Made by a program: the position numbers and the translations under genes
The notes under the pieces: generated by a model
Told to the model about the DNA's origin: nothing
The model's database searches: none
Seen by the model: only the letters and a program-made list of their open reading frames with translations
Source: Candidatus Latescibacterota bacterium
GTDB taxonomy: Bacteria; Latescibacterota; UBA2968
DNA length: 64,000 bases
Reading direction: 5' to 3'
Assembly: GCA_965198115.1 (NCBI GenBank)
Contig: OZ240241.1
Location: forward strand, 2,784,001-2,848,000
Shown here: positions 63,463 to 64,000 of the stretch, one piece after another
Position numbering within the stretch: the stretch's first letter is position 1
Layout: each line of letters begins with the position of its first letter

Positions 63463-63549
63463 CGCCCTCGTGCAAAGCACGTGGGCGAGCGGGACACTCC
63501 TTTACAGATTAATGTGCTATGCTCGTCCCTGTGCTTCGCACAGGGACGC
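63463..63549. repeat. REPIN-like hairpin doublet between convergent genes
   Basis: cgccctcgtgc-aaa-gcacgtgggcg ... cgtccctgtgc-ttc-gcacagggacg; homologous to 55845-55939. Confidence 0.65.
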
Positions 63550-63569
63550 CGGGACTTTACAATTGCATT

Positions 63570-64000
63570 CTAGCTTTTGCCTTCCTTCTGCCCCCAGCTG
63601 TTGGGTCGTGGTGGAATGGCCTCTCCTTCTGGACGCTCGATGTGGATCCAGTAGCCGCTCGGGTCCTCCCCCCTCGCGATAATCGCTGACTGATGTTCCG
63701 GATCTCGTCCGCGAACGTCCGGTGGCATATACCTCAGCGTCAGCCCGCAGCGTCTTCGATCGGTCCTGTTCGGCTCGGAGCCGTGCAGGAGCAAATCAGT
63801 GTGAATCGAAACCTGGCCCGCCTTCATCACGAAGGACACGGGATCGCCGAAATCGTCGGGATTCGTGACCGTCTGTCCGAGAACGTTGTTTTCCTCGACA
63901 GCGCTGCGCTCGAACGGAATCTGCCCGTGCCGATGCGACCCGGGGATCACGCGCATCGGTCCCATCGCCTCATCCACATCGTCGATCGCGAGCCAGACCG
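63570..64000 (-). CDS. PhyH family dioxygenase, 3' part (paralogue of 1847..2686)
   Basis: VWLAIDD...IPGSHRHGQIPFERS...HTDLLLHGSEPN..RRCGLTLRYMPPDVR closely matches the 1847 gene. Confidence 0.88.
   Translation of the reverse strand, partial: VWLAIDDVDEAMGPMRVIPGSHRHGQIPFERSAVEENNVLGQTVTNPDDFGDPVSFVMKAGQVSIHTDLLLHGSEPNRTDRRRCGLTLRYMPPDVRGRDPEHQSAIIARGEDPSGYWIHIERPEGEAIPPRPNSWGQKEGKS

Noticed and set aside
1-64000. CRISPR array, tRNA, rRNA or diversity-generating retroelement
   Set aside because: No regularly spaced 25-45-bp repeats with unique spacers, no cas or reverse transcriptase gene, and no recognisable structural RNA gene. Differences among the DUF6785 paralogues are not adenine-specific.

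Overview
A ~60% GC bacterial genomic segment with dense, mostly catabolic and accessory genes. Multiple PhyH dioxygenases, enolase-superfamily and mannonate dehydratases, DUF6785-like membrane proteins and a C-terminal dockerin/EF-hand-like surface protein suggest Ca. Latescibacterota/Handelsmanbacteria or a similar uncultured lineage (inference). About 20 frameshifts and 4 in-frame TAGs, many at homopolymers, point to an error-prone long-read consensus, so most split genes are probably intact. Contents: three tandem DUF6785-like membrane paralogues, a large Ig/cohesin/dockerin-like surface protein, a xanthine-dehydrogenase-family L-M-S operon, MFS and ABC transporters, a sugar-acid catabolic cluster, mazEF, an RND operon, and a beta-helix/diheme cytochrome pair. 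An IS256 sits inside an IS630 inside a phosphotransferase gene, and an ISL3 sits on a K+ channel start codon. A deletion junction truncates both a WD40-caspase gene and an AcrB gene. Best novelty candidates: a Clp-N/excisionase-HTH regulator plus DUF4242 module with an AT-rich operator, a truncated-haemoglobin/ankyrin fusion, a PhyH enzyme with a halogenase-like HxG motif beside a racemase, a sigma54-driven 62-aa protein, and a beta-propeller/esterase fusion with Thr at the nucleophile position. No rRNA, tRNA or CRISPR array seen.
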